Positions 35,299 to 47,620 of a DNA stretch of 57,272 nucleotides are shown piece after piece. The DNA lies in NCBI RefSeq assembly GCF_006345805.1, contig NW_021833770.1, forward strand, positions 1 to 57,272, written 5' to 3'. Source of the DNA: Octopus sinensis (lineage: Eukaryota). Below the pieces are notes generated by a model. It saw only the letters and a program-made list of their open reading frames with translations, was not told the DNA's origin and did no database searches. The stretch's first letter is position 1, and the number at the start of each line of letters is the position of its first letter. Made by a program: the position numbers and the translations under genes.

Positions 35299-36228
35299 GA
35301 TATATATATATATATATATACATATATATACATATATACATACACACACATATATATATATATATATATATTTATGTATGTATGTATGCATATGTTTTAT
35401 TTATCAAAATGTTATTATATGATTGAACGCAACGCGTTGTTTTCTTTTTCTTCTGCAAGTAAGTTTTTATTTCAATAATTATGACGCGCACTCTTAACTC
35501 TTTACCTGAACTTTCCTCCCCGCCTGTCTGTCTCCCTCTCTACCTGTCTCTCTCCTTATTTTTCATCCTTTCTGGTTTCTTCTCCTCTTCTCTCTCTATC
35601 TCTCACTCCTCCTCCTCTCTCTCTCTCTCTCACTCCTCCTCTTCTCTCTCGTCTCTGAACGGGCGACTACTAACTTTCTTTCTGCCCGATGCTTTCAACA
35701 AGTCAACATCGACTTCTTCTGTCTTCCGCAAGCCGATCTTCAGAATGCGTTCTAACGAATTTTTCCACCGTCTAGGCTTAAAAAAGCCCTTATAGTTGGT
35801 TTCCTTGTCCTGTTATTCTTTATTTGTACCGTTTTTTCTTCATTTGTATTGCTTTTACGTCCTGTTCTTGTCAATTGTTTTACCCCTCTGCAAAAGAATT
35901 TTATTTAATTCATTTTGCAGGAATGACTGTTTCGGCCGGATCGTGTTCTGCCCTTACATTCGAAACACGCATTGAGTTGAAACAGCGGCAGCTGATGAAG
36001 GGGAATTTTCCTTGTATTGTTTGTCTTGAACCCTGTATTTTCGTTGTTAAAAAAAGTCCGTTTCCTTGTTTGATTTTATGTTTTCGTTTCTCGTTGTGTT
36101 CTACGCTTATTTGTGGTGTTCTGTACTCATATATATATATATATATGTACATATATGTATGCATATATTTTATTTATTAAATTGATATTATACATATATA
36201 TTTATGTTCTTTTATTCTTTTATATGTT

Positions 36229-36500
36229 TTAACCCTGAGGCTGTGTCGATGATGGGGTCCCACCAGTGTAAGCACCTTTCGACTGGCCAATTTTATGGGA
36301 TTGGCCTTTGGTGAAGGACGGAATTCGCTTTCGATGCCCTCGTTTGAGTTTCCTGCCCCGATATTGGTTCATTTGGTATCTTGGATTGCAAGAGATCATG
36401 TTGTATCTTGAAACATCTACATCCATTACATGGAGATACCTCAGATGTGTTGGCAAGGCATTAAATAGTTGTGGGCACTTGAACTCCAATCTATTGCCGT
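36229..36500 (-). mobile_element. 3' fragment of CR1-group LINE ORF2
   Basis: KCPQLFNALPTHLRYL..MDVDV resembles the CR1-group C-terminal GPxLFNxLPxxLRxL...FK motif. Confidence 0.6.
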
Positions 36501-36504
36501 AATT

Positions 36505-36680
36505 TCCTAGATGTCACCCTAGATCTACAAAGCCAAATTTTCTACCCATGCCATAAACTTAAGGAGAACCTCAACTACGCCAACTTTTCCCCCAACCGCA
36601 ACGGCAGTTCTAAACTCTATCGTGGATATCGTATCCAAACGGGTTTCCTCACTGTCCGCATTAAGGAAATATTTGAAATG
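36505..36680 (+). mobile_element. Penelope-like RT fragment (thumb region)
   Basis: FLDVTLDL...; near-identical to 49975-50152. Confidence 0.65.
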
Positions 36681-37599
36681 AACGGGATAGCATAATATTT
36701 ACTTCTTGACACAAATTATGCAATTCATATTCTAAGTACAAATAGCAACAATACCCCACCCACCCCTGTGTCATCCCCTAACTAATTGCCTTGCACCTCA
36801 ACTGATATCCTGCTCCATATATCGATGCAGTAAACAACTTTTTATCTACCTTTACATTTCCTAACCATTTTTATTGTTTCATTTTTTAATTCCCAACCTG
36901 TTTTCCTTATCGTTTATACGTCATAAATTTTCTCAACTCTTCTCTCTCAACACACATCCCTCAATATATGATAATATACAAGGACCCAGGCACGCTCTTC
37001 ACCTTACCCGCTTTTTCCCTCTACTCCCTCTTTTCTCTCGCTCTTCGCATTTCCCTTCAATTCATCTTGTAAAAGTGTTACAGATGCGCTATTATTATCT
37101 AATAAGAATTCTGCTGATTCCTACTGACGGAGGAATAAGCCGAATTATTATTAGATGCTCATGAAAATCATAAGAACTAATTTATGTTCTAGGCGATTAT
37201 TTCCAATTAAATGGCTTGCATCACTTCAAGTTTTAATCAAAAATTCAAATACTAAAGTGGATCGATTCATTCGATCAATCCCATTTGTCAACAACGTTTT
37301 CACCATTTGAGAAATCCTAATGTAAAGCAAATAGCAATGTTTTGTTAATGTTATTCTTTAAACCTCGTAAATCTGAAGATGTGAAATAGCAAAGTCAATG
37401 TTCCGTTTAATAAGTTAGGTATTTTCATCTTTCATAATTTAAGCGTGAATTGAATGAAATCTGAGATAGATACCATGAACGTTCCGTTTAAGCTGCTACA
37501 GGCCAACATTTACAGGAATGATGAAGGGGTTGAAGTGTTTAGCACAGTGGTTCATACTGAAAACGAACTGATGTTTAAGATCGAGGAGCAAAGGAATAG

Positions 37600-37880
37600 A
37601 CGAGTGAGTCGGTAGTACCTGCTTGGTGGGGTCAAGAGCTCAGCCAACTCCTACAAGAATCTGTAGCATGACAGTGACAGTGGCAAAACAAAGAGAAGAG
37701 ATATCCTGCCTGCGAGATAGCTGTTAGAGTATGTCTGTTAGGGATAGAGTAAAATTTAGCCACGTCACCCTTCTTTCGATGCAATCCCGGATGTGTATCA
37801 CCGTTCCAGATGTAGAAAGATTTCTTCATTGTGTGCTTCACTTGAGCATTGTAAATGGTCTGAAGTTATGGCTGCAAAAA
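37600..37880 (-). mobile_element. Highly decayed LINE ORF2 C-terminal fragment
   Basis: IYNAQVKHTMKKSFYIW and LFSLFCHCHCHATDSCRSWLSS resemble LYKAQVRPxMEYxSHIW and LxLFYRYYxGxCSxEL of CR1/L2/Jockey-group LINEs. Confidence 0.4.
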
Positions 37881-40181
37881 GAAGGATTGGACTTTAAGAT
37901 ACCGTACTAGCTATGCAAAGGATCTACTTGCGCCACGAAAGATCTTCACTGCTAATAATGCTCAGCGAAGGTTAAGTTTTCAAGTAAGATTGTGAGGGAC
38001 ACTTGTCTAATCTTCAGCACATCACAAATGGCCGTGTTTCAACACCATGTCCATTTCTATGCTGTATCCTTTCTCTGTCTCTAATGGCCTATTTCAATGG
38101 TAGTCTTAAAGCACATCTCTGTTCAAAACCACCATCTATTTCTTTGAGTGCCGTTAGTGAAGTCCATATTCTCTTAAACATTCTTCAGTTGAAGAATACC
38201 ATCTTTTCTCCTTCCCTCTAGACTTGGTCATCCTGTGAATCGGTTTCAAGCCTGCTTTACTCCTATTCGAAAGAAAATATGAAACCTGTCAGAATTCAAC
38301 GGTAGGAAAATATAAATCCCCGTTCTTGGTGTATAAACAATTTGAACTTTATTCAAGACAATACTTTGGAAATATCGTCAGGCGAACGAAATAACTGGAG
38401 ACGAACAGAATCCGAAACGGACATCAATTTAATATGATCACATCAGAATTTTAAAATAATGGATCCACAGAATGTCTTTGATTTGTTTTCGAATAAACCA
38501 GCTTATGAAGAACGTACTAATATACATAGAAATTGCATTGTCTTCAAAACTAGGATATTTTGAAATTCTACTGAAAAGCTAGCAAATATCTCTAAATTTC
38601 TACAGACATTATTGTTCATGTCTATTTTTTCATGAATTTGTGTTTGAATGGTTTGAATGGTTTGAATGGTTGAGTGCTGATCCTCAATAGCCCAGCATCG
38701 TTTTTAGTTACATGATTTTCTCCGGCTGAACTAAAGCCTGTTTATTCACATTAAAATACCCTGAGACTAATGCTCGCTTCGGCCATTATTTCATAACCCG
38801 GTGTTTACACCAGACCTTTAATAAAATAATCGATAAGCCATAATAGACATTCGTACTACCTTTCACAATATATTTCCCTGAAATATGAGGAAAATAGTGA
38901 AAATTGAGGGTTTGGGTATCTTGAAATCTAGACGTAATCCTAAACAATGGGTTCCACATTTGAATTCAGCAAAATTATTTAATAGAGAGGTACTCTTCTA
39001 TAGCTTGTTGTTGCATATGAGGACTTGATTTAAATTTCTGCTCGGAGTATCTCAAGAAGATTGTGTGGTGGAGCATGTATGAAGTTATATGGCATACTTG
39101 TTTTGGAAGTTCAGCTGATGATCATAATATCCCGGGATCAATTCCTGAAATGAGTGACGTTATTACTTAGATCAAGTCATTTCATTTCACGATGCATCAG
39201 TCTACTGAACTTTAAATAAAGTATCAACCGAGAGTTAGTTGTGATAGTTAGATACAAGGGTGGGCAATACGAAAGGATGTCAATGTCAACTCGCGACTAC
39301 TTCGATAGCTAAAACAGTTAGTAAAATTAAGGTGCATGTTATGAAGTCATAATCCATAACGAATTACGCCCAGTTATGAATGTGTGTTTTGAGAGAGTTT
39401 ACTGTACGCGGTAAAGTGGTGAACAACCTCCAAATATAGGGTTAGGGTTTGGGTATGGTGAATATGGATAAAACATTGCACTGGACCGAACACGGATTGC
39501 ACTTTGGCAAGGCATAGCACCCATACTTCATTCAATTTACGCATAGAGTTGAAGTCATAGGAAACAATATGACTGTCGTAGTCTTAGTTTGAACCTCATT
39601 CATTCACCAACGGTAAGATAGACATGGTGCTTGACAGAGGAACCTGTGTCATGTCATTGGACAGAACCACCATGTTTCCAAATAGTATTACTACTGACGT
39701 CTTCGGACCTAGCAAACTTAGGTGTTATTAAGCTACCGAATTGCGTAAATGACTTATACTAAAATCAGTTATACTAAATACTATCGCATCGATTATCGTT
39801 TGGATAACCAAGGGGCACATTAAACTGTGGAACCTCTTACGGCGCAGCTTTCGAAAAATAATCTACAGACCTAAGCTGAAATCTCATCTGAAAGGAAGTG
39901 TCTCCAGGACCCTTGTTACAGTCTCCTTCAACTTCTTCAGCTTGAGGAACAAATAAAAATCACAGGGCGGGACATTTACATAATTTATTCATAGAGGTTT
40001 TTTTTTTACGTTTCGTGTCTTTTCTGTCCATTAGTAGGATCATGAAGGATCTGTGGATCAGAGAGAGAGCATTTATTTGAATATATATACATGTACATAC
40101 ACACACATACACACCCTAACATATACATATATAAATGTTTATAACAAATAACATTTTAACGAGTATATCTTCAAGTTATAA

Positions 40182-40228
<47 letters not shown>

Positions 40229-40499
40229 AAGCGAAAGAGAGAAAGAAAGAAAGAAAGAATGAAAGAAAGAAAGAATGAAATAAAGAAAAAGTGAGAGTGA
40301 GAGAGACAGAGAGTATTAAGAATTTGAATATACAAACTCAATCCCATTATTATCATTATTAGACTGTATATCTACGTCACCAAAAAATAAACTGTTACAT
40401 CGGTTGGGACCTAAAGGACATTCAGCGTAAAACCTACCATCTGAAGGATCCAGCCTTGCCATTCGCTATGTGCTTTGATATTATTTCCCTCCTCTTAAT

Positions 40500-40563
<64 letters not shown>

Positions 40564-40569
40564 TTTATC

Positions 40570-41038
40570 ACCAGTGACCTAGCACAAAAGACGAATTAGT
40601 CATTAGACTATACGTTATTCATATAAAAATACATTGAAAGGCTTCCAAATAAAGAAGCAAGTACTAAATACACAGGGGGGGGGATAAATTCATGAAATGG
40701 AATGAAAATCAAAAACGTTAACCATCTCAGCTAATCCTGTACTGCAGCATTTCATCTTTTTAGCAAATGAATAGAATTCATCTGCTAAGGCCAGACTCGT
40801 CAGCAGGAAGCCTTTAGAAACCAAGCTGTACATATCGCTAGAAGCACGTACAAATCTAGCGATATGTATACTCTAACTTTTCAGACCAGTGCGCAGACGC
40901 AAACTATACCCGGCGAACAGAGGGTATGCCGGTAAAAATTTACTAGCAAATTTATCGAGCAACATTTATAACATAGTAAATAGGGTAAAAAAATAAATTC
41001 TTATTACCAGTGACCTAGCACAAAAGACGAATTAGTCA
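40570..41038 (-). mobile_element. ~436-bp unit bounded by a perfect 33-bp direct repeat, carrying a hammerhead (retrozyme-like monomer)
   Basis: accagtgacctagcacaaaagacgaattagtca at 40570-40602 and 41006-41038; internal 14-bp hairpin 40829-40868; HHR at 40735-40808. Confidence 0.7.
40735..40808 (-). ncRNA. Type I hammerhead ribozyme candidate
   Basis: Minus strand TCCTG-CTGACGA-G-TCT-ggcc-[TTAGCAGATGAAT-tct-ATTCATTTGCTAA]-aa-AGA-T-GAAAT-GCTGCA-GTA-CAGGA: perfect 5-bp stem I, long stem II, CTGCAG palindrome in stem III, GUA cleavage triplet. Confidence 0.68.
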
Positions 41039-41054
41039 GTACTCCTGGTACTTT

Positions 41055-41250
41055 CATTATAATTATATCTAATTGTAATATATATATATACGCCGTACAT
41101 ATGACACTGTATATAAGTGTGAATATTTCATGGAATTACATTTCTGATCATGCGTTAGGTGATAGGAGATTTAAAATACTTACTACCACCACTAACACCA
41201 TCTCTCTTAGCCTCCCTTTTTATCTACTGATATATATATACATACATACA

Positions 41251-41299
<49 letters not shown>

Positions 41300-41318
41300 C
41301 ACACACACACACCACACA

Positions 41319-41363
<45 letters not shown>

Positions 41364-41665
41364 TTTTTTTTTCTTTAATCTCACCATCAGAACATCACCC
41401 CTCTACCTAAATTATATGATAACCCTCCTCAATATCACTACCCAACTACTACTTTTTTATCGTGTAATAAATATTACGTTCCCCCTACCACATGCCCTCT
41501 TCCTCTTTTTCTCTCTCCTTTCTCTTTCTCTTGGTCTCTCTTTGCATTCACCTATCACGTGAAAGCGTTACAGTTACGTTCCATCAACCTCATATCATAG
41601 ACACTTCACTTTACCTCTTTTTTCTCTAATCACGAGAAAGCGTTACCGCCGGACTAATTACTCCC
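41055..41665 (+). repeat. Block B1 of old duplication (homologous to 7090-7780)
   Basis: See block A1. Confidence 0.85.
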
Positions 41666-41724
41666 CTCAGTCCTCCTTTGCCTCCCCATCCTCCACAACA
41701 TGCCCCCAAAAAAGAATTATAGAG

Positions 41725-44700
41725 GATGTTTTCATCTCAATTAACCAAAAAAAACGACAGTCTTATGAGTGACTTAATGAAAATACCGAACGCAGAAAGA
41801 ATGGAGACGTACCGGATATTATCAAAAAATACAGAGGTATTCAAAATAGACGTAATGAACTCAAACATTCTAAAGAGCCAATACCCAGGGGACATAGTTG
41901 GTCCGCGACACGACTTAGACGAAACACTGTTTAAGGCGGACTTCCCCACAGGTGCAACAGGAAAATAAGAAACACGGCAAAAGGTAAGCAATGTCTCGTA
42001 TTTGTGTAGGATGCATAAATGTGCGTGGCCTGATGACGAGCTGGAAGCAAGGGCGCCTCCTAAACGACATCAGGTCACGGGATTTAGATGTTGTTGTTGC
42101 CACAGAAACCCGGTTAAAGGGGCCAAGAGATCTGCTCCCGCTGTTCAACGGTTACGAGAGTATTATCTCTCCGAACCCGTCGTGCGGCGGAAGCGGGGTG
42201 TTGGTCCTGGTTAAAAAGAACCGGGTTTCTGAGAAAAAGTTGATTTTTGCAGATCCGGAAGGTAGGCTGGTCGTCGTTGAGTTGACGTTCAGCAGTCGTA
42301 AGACAATCAGGCTGGTTGCGGTTTACGCACCCGCCGGAAACGGGAAAAGTGATTATTTTCGGAATCTGGAAAAGTTTCTGAGTACATCGTACCCTGTAGT
42401 AATGTTAGATGACTTCAACACAATATGCGATGTGCGGGTAGACTGTGAAGGCTCGCAAACAGACAGAAATAGTAAAGGAAATGCTTGCTTCCTGAGTCTA
42501 CTAAGACGTTTTGAGCTGGTAGACCCATATAGACTGGAACGTCCGAACGTTCCACTGTGGACGTGGTCAACAAGCGACGGATCGTTAAGGTCATACATAG
42601 ACAGGATATTAATTAGGAAGGTAGATAAGAACCTAGTTAAGAGTCCACAACTCCACATGGTCAGCTACAGTGACCACAAGATGGTCACCTGTAGGCTAGA
42701 CGTAGATAAGATAAATAGAGGTCCTGGTTACTGGAAACTTAATACGTCCCTTTTGGCGATTAAGGAGTACAGGGACAGGATTAGGTTAATGATCCAGAGG
42801 GCTTTGACCGGTTCCATTGTTAACAACAAATGGTGGTATGCCCTCAAGCGAGCCATAAAATACGAGTCCATTAGGTAGAGTACAAATCTCGTAGCTAGAG
42901 AGGCTAGGAAGGCGAATACACTAGTTAAGGACTTAGAGGAAGCAATGCGAACTGGCAATGCAGACCAGGTGAAGGTCAAGAGACTGGTTCTTAACCAGCA
43001 CGTTGAAGCCAAGCACATGGGTTGCATTGTCAGGGCTAGACAACGCACAATGGGGAGCGAAGGAATCAAGGCTGCAGGATGGGCCCGAGTGGTGGAAGCC
43101 CAACGTGGCAATGATGCTACAATTCGATCTCTGGCGAACCAAGCTTTTCAGGACCACTTCGCCCAGCTTTTTGGGGGGAGCGGCGGACCGGATAGGGGGA
43201 GGGGCCTTACGGACCTCCTTGACGGGCTGCCGCGCCTCTCGGAGCAGGACGCGAAGTGTAGTGAGGAGCCGATCACACCTGGGGAGGTAATGGAGGCTAT
43301 GGCGGACTGCGGTGCGGGTAAGGCGCCGGGACTGGATGGTCTACCCTACGAGCTTTATAAAAGTATGCCGGACTTGTTCGGGGACTTACTGACGGGCGTC
43401 TACGCAAACTGGCAGCAGAATGGGTTCATTCCCAGATCTGTGCGCCGGGGTGTGGTGACGCTAATCAGGAAGGACCAGAGCAAGGGGGACGTAATAGATA
43501 ATTTCAGGCCCATCACTCTGCTGAACGCAGAGCTGAAGATTTTGGCCAAAGTGTTATCGAACAGATTGGCGCGTGTCGCGAATGGACTGATTGGGAAAGC
43601 GCAAATTTGCGCCGTACCAGCCGGAGCCATTCAGGATAATCTCCATCTTATTAGATACACGTTAGAGGGAATAAATAATGATCCCGGCAAGGGAGGGGCA
43701 GTGGTCCATTTAGACCAGTCAAAAGCTTTCGATAGGGTCGACCATCACTACCTGGTGTCTGTTCTGGCTCAGTTCGGCCTGGGTCTTGGCTTCCTCAGGT
43801 GGATCATCGAAATGTATGACTATGTCGACTCGGTTGTTCAGGTGAACGGCTTTCTTTCTAAGCCGTTCAAAGTCAAGCGCTCGGTCCGCCAGGGATGTCC
43901 GCTCTCCCCGCTTTTGTATGTAGTGGCTCTCGTGCCGCTGCTGCGAAAACTGAGCGGCATCCAGAGAAGAACTGGAGCGAGGTATCGAGCAAGGTGGCTG
44001 CAATAGCCAAGACTTGGTCTTGGCGGTGGCTATCCTTGAAAGGTAGGGCGGAGGTAGCCAATGTGTTTATCGCATCGGTGATCACCTACCGCCTTGCCGT
44101 CGTGCCTTGCCCGGATTCGTGGTTGAGCAAGTTGGAGAGACAGCTCTTTCGCTTCTTGTGGAAGGGCTCGAAACCGCTTGTGAGACGCTCTGTCTGTTGT
44201 CAAAAACCGTTACAGGGTGGACTAGGGATGCCGTGGCTAATGATGCGCAGAAATGCGCTGAGGCTAAGGCACCTCTGGCTCCATCTTGGTAGTGAACGGG
44301 TGTGGTCTCCGCTGTCGAAACAGATGTTCCCCAGGTTCACCAGTTTCGGTGGCCGGGAGGGCTGGTATAATCACAGATCAAAGTTGGCTACGTGGTATAC
44401 GGAGTGTCGCAAGGTACTCCGACTATTCCGTCGCTCGGGCAATGCCTGCGGCAGTGGTTCTACCGCTGTGTTTTATAGAGGGTTTGTAGAGGCCGGTAAC
44501 GATGATACGCTAGGGGAAACTCTAGGTTTCGACGATGATCAACTGGCCAGTCTGTTCCAACGTACATTCGGGCCGAAGACCCTGGAGAATTTCCAGAAGT
44601 CTTTGGCCTGGCAGTGCTACCGAGGAGCCTTACCTGTTCGGGACAAGCTTGCAAGGCACGGTTGCCAAGTCAGCCCGACCTGTGCGAGGTGTGGGCGAGA

Positions 44701-45305
44701 ACGGGAAACCGTCTCGCACGCGATCGTGCAGTGTTCGGAGGTGGCAGAGATGTGGGTTTGTGCCGAACAACTGATGTCAGGTGAACGGAGAGTACAGCTA
44801 TCAGCCGAATCTATTGTAAAAATCAGCCCACCAGATTTCTTAACGAAAGAAAGTAAGTTTTGTTTTCTCGCTGTGGTTGCAACTGCGAAACAGGCAGTAT
44901 GGAAGACAAGGATGAAAGGGTTAATAACAGGCGACTTCATCTCTGGTTCAGGTCTGGTGGAATATTTTAAATTCCACCTGAAAAGACATATAGAACTAGA
45001 GAGGAGGAGCCTGAGGAAGAAAGTTTTTGACGAAAGGTGGAAAAATGTGGTGAGTAAAAGGTCCCTCGCAAATACGAGATAGGTTGAAAAAAGAAAAAAC
45101 AGAAGGTTAAGTGCCGTGGCGGGGAGCGAGGGGTCCGTAGACCCGCCCCACTTCATTTTGTAAAAAAAAAAAAAATTTGTTCTTGTAATTGTCCCATCAT
45201 TCGAACTCTAAATTCACCATTGACCCCAAAACGCATTTATTGTTGTAAATCATTCGTGATTGTGTTGTTTGTTCTATGTCGCCCCCTGGTGGGTAATAAA
45301 GAAAT
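41725..45305 (+). mobile_element. L1/Tx1-like LINE, 5'-truncated, near-complete ORF2 (APE-RT-CCHC)
   Basis: APE: CINVRGL, DVVVATETRL, DDFNTI, SYIDRIL, YSDH, GPGYWKLN (41991-42878), one in-frame TAG. RT: KAPGLDGLP, NFRPITLLN, DQSKAFDRVDH, VRQGCPLSP; YADD segment deleted near 43965. CARCGRERETVSHAIVQC; stop at 45082; 3' UTR ends AATAAAGAAAT at ~45295-45305. Confidence 0.93.
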
Positions 45306-45732
45306 CATCGCAATAATCAACGTCGTCATCACCAATTCATCGAAGCCTTTCTCGTCGTTCTCGATAATCATCATCATCGTTATCCCCCGAATCCTCCTCA
45401 CCGTCCTTATTACAACATTTACCGTCAACATCGCCATCCTCCTCCCCCTCATCATCATCATCAACATCATCTCGGCCATTTTCTCCTTGTTGTGTTGTTG
45501 TTGTTATTGTTGTTGTTCTTAACATAACGAAATACATTATAATCGAACCGAGTGAAAACGAGTTTATTGAGCGAGGTGCTTTTTGAAACGTCAACTGACG
45601 AGAAACATCTGCAAAGAAAGATGCACTGTGGCCAATCGACCATTATCTCATCCGTGAGTGGCCGATTGAAGACGGGCTGAAACGGCTGTAATGATGAACC
45701 AATCTCGTAAAATCCATTTTCCATTTCCGTCA

Positions 45733-45764
<32 letters not shown>

Positions 45765-45885
45765 AGTATACGCTTCGACGTTGGTATGGCTGTGTGATAA
45801 GAATTTTGTTTCTGTATTCTGTCCCTCTGCATATACTCTGGTCTCCAACCGAACAAACCCGTGTATGTTAGTTAATTGGGTACAG
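45305..45885 (+). repeat. Blocks B2+B3 of old duplication (uninterrupted equivalent of 9835-15570)
   Basis: See blocks A2 and A3; here the two are separated by only ~35 bp of (GTT)n. Confidence 0.85.
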
Positions 45886-45911
45886 TGTAACTTAGAAACA
45901 TGTCGTATATA

Positions 45912-46010
45912 TACGAAGTGGTATCATAAAGTTCCCGGCCGAGTTACGTTTAATAAAGTAACTTATACTACCTGAGTTATAACTTCATTTCCTTCGGAAA
46001 AGTCGACTTG
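45912..46010. mobile_element. Mariner terminal fragment (counterpart of the end at ~15585)
   Basis: TACGAAGTGGTATCATAAAGTTCCCGGCCGAG resembles the TIR at 16358 and the sequence at 15585-15640. Confidence 0.6.
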
Positions 46011-46189
46011 CGAAATAAAACACAAATATGAAACGTTTTCCTTTCTTTTTTTCCTTTTTTTCACCGTTAACGTCACATATACGGCTCCAGTTCTAACAGA
46101 TCAATTACTCGGGGCAGCACGTTGAACGTCACCAACGCTCTGGCCGGGTCAATTCAATCCCCACGCTATCTCTAAGTTTCTTATAGGTT

Positions 46190-47620
46190 TCCCTATGACC
46201 ACAATGACCTTCACACTCTCTTGGTGCACGTCATTAGACAACTTTACCCTTATGAACTTTACGATTTGTTTCTCCACTTCCTTGTTCTTAGCATACGTCA
46301 CAAAATTCCATTTGTTCTTACCCCCTTTCGGTCTTCTCCTTTCTTGTTTTACTACTTTTCATATTATAGGTTCCTTTATACTCTTCCCTGAATCTGAGAC
46401 CTTCTCTTTCTCCGTCTTCAGTTTCTCTTGAAGTTGAGTTCCTGAATCTTCCTTCAATTCACCTGTCATCTTCATACTTGCTTCCTCCTTCTCTGACACA
46501 TTGTCACACACCTTCTTAATTATTTTTTCACTTTCCTTTCCCGCCTCACTTTTATCATCTTTCTTTCTCGTTATCCCTTTCTTTCCCACTTCTTCTTTCT
46601 TTTTTATCTAGTTAGTCGGTGGCGGGCTTACCCCACCGCTCCACCTTTTTCTTTCCACTAGCGTGAATTCTTCTTCCGCTGTTTTCTCATTATTCTCTAC
46701 AGTCAATGCCTGCTCGACACCCTCTTCAGTCTCTCTCTGCTCCCTCCGTGGGCATCTCGCCTTCATGTGTCCCCCCTCGCAATACTCGAAACACGCAAGC
46801 GGCCTGCCTTCCACCTTCCCTCTCATTGTAACACTATCTCCTCTGCCATTCCGTTCATGTCCTCCACTTTAGCCTGAATTGTTAGCTCCAACCCACAGCC
46901 CCAGCAATTTGTTTGCTCTGGTGGCCCTCAATATTCCAGCCTCGTCCTCCATGTTGTACACAATGGCCGTCATCAGCCATGCCTCCTTCAGCTCAGGGGG
47001 CACCTGGCTCACCCAAACCCTCACCACACGTCCGTCGCAACAGGATGCCAGAAGAATCCATTCTTCTGAGCGGTCCACCTCCGTAGCATGCCTCATCGCT
47101 TCCTCCTCTGATGTGAAACGCACATCCACAGTTGCATACTCCCTGCATCCTGTTCCGAAGGTTATCATCCTTTCATGCCTTCCAACATCCTCTCGATCCC
47201 CTCCACAGTTGCTATCTCGATCCTTCCTGTAGCGACCCTCACAGTCCTGTATGTCACTGTCTTCCTCATAACGCTGTTCACCAGCTCCTCGGGTGGTGTC
47301 AATTTTATCTTCCCCACTCATCAGCCTCTCGCCAGCCTTCATCCTCCTGGCCTCGACCTCTACTTTAAAAGTCTCCAATGCTTCTCTCCCCGCTTCTCCT
47401 CCAGTAGCCCCCGCTGGCGCCTTCTCCATTTTCCTCAATGGGAAATATCAACTCAACAAAACTTTAACGATATTAACAACGGTATCAACAACAGCAACAA
47501 TCAACAATAAATTCACGTTCCACTCACAAATACAACTCAACTTCAACAACTCGACCTCAAAAACAACACCTATCAACTACAAACTTCTCTACTCAACTCG
47601 ACTCTACTTCGACGTCTAGA
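46190..47620 (-). mobile_element. 5' UTR + ORF1 of an L1/Tx1-like LINE (RRM-like region + zinc knuckle), ORF2 absent
   Basis: VRVWVSQVPPELKEAWLMTAI (46869-47438) and CFEYCEGGHMKARCP (CCHC knuckle, 46608-46826), followed by a K/E-rich tail. Confidence 0.7.

Noticed and set aside
35930-36010. GAAAC and CTGATGAAG motifs
   Set aside because: Order and spacing do not give a foldable hammerhead topology.
45162-45175. A14 run as the poly(A) tail of the Tx1 element
   Set aside because: Non-duplicated sequence continues to AATAAAGAAAT at ~45305, where homology to block A2 resumes; the run is more likely internal to the 3' UTR.
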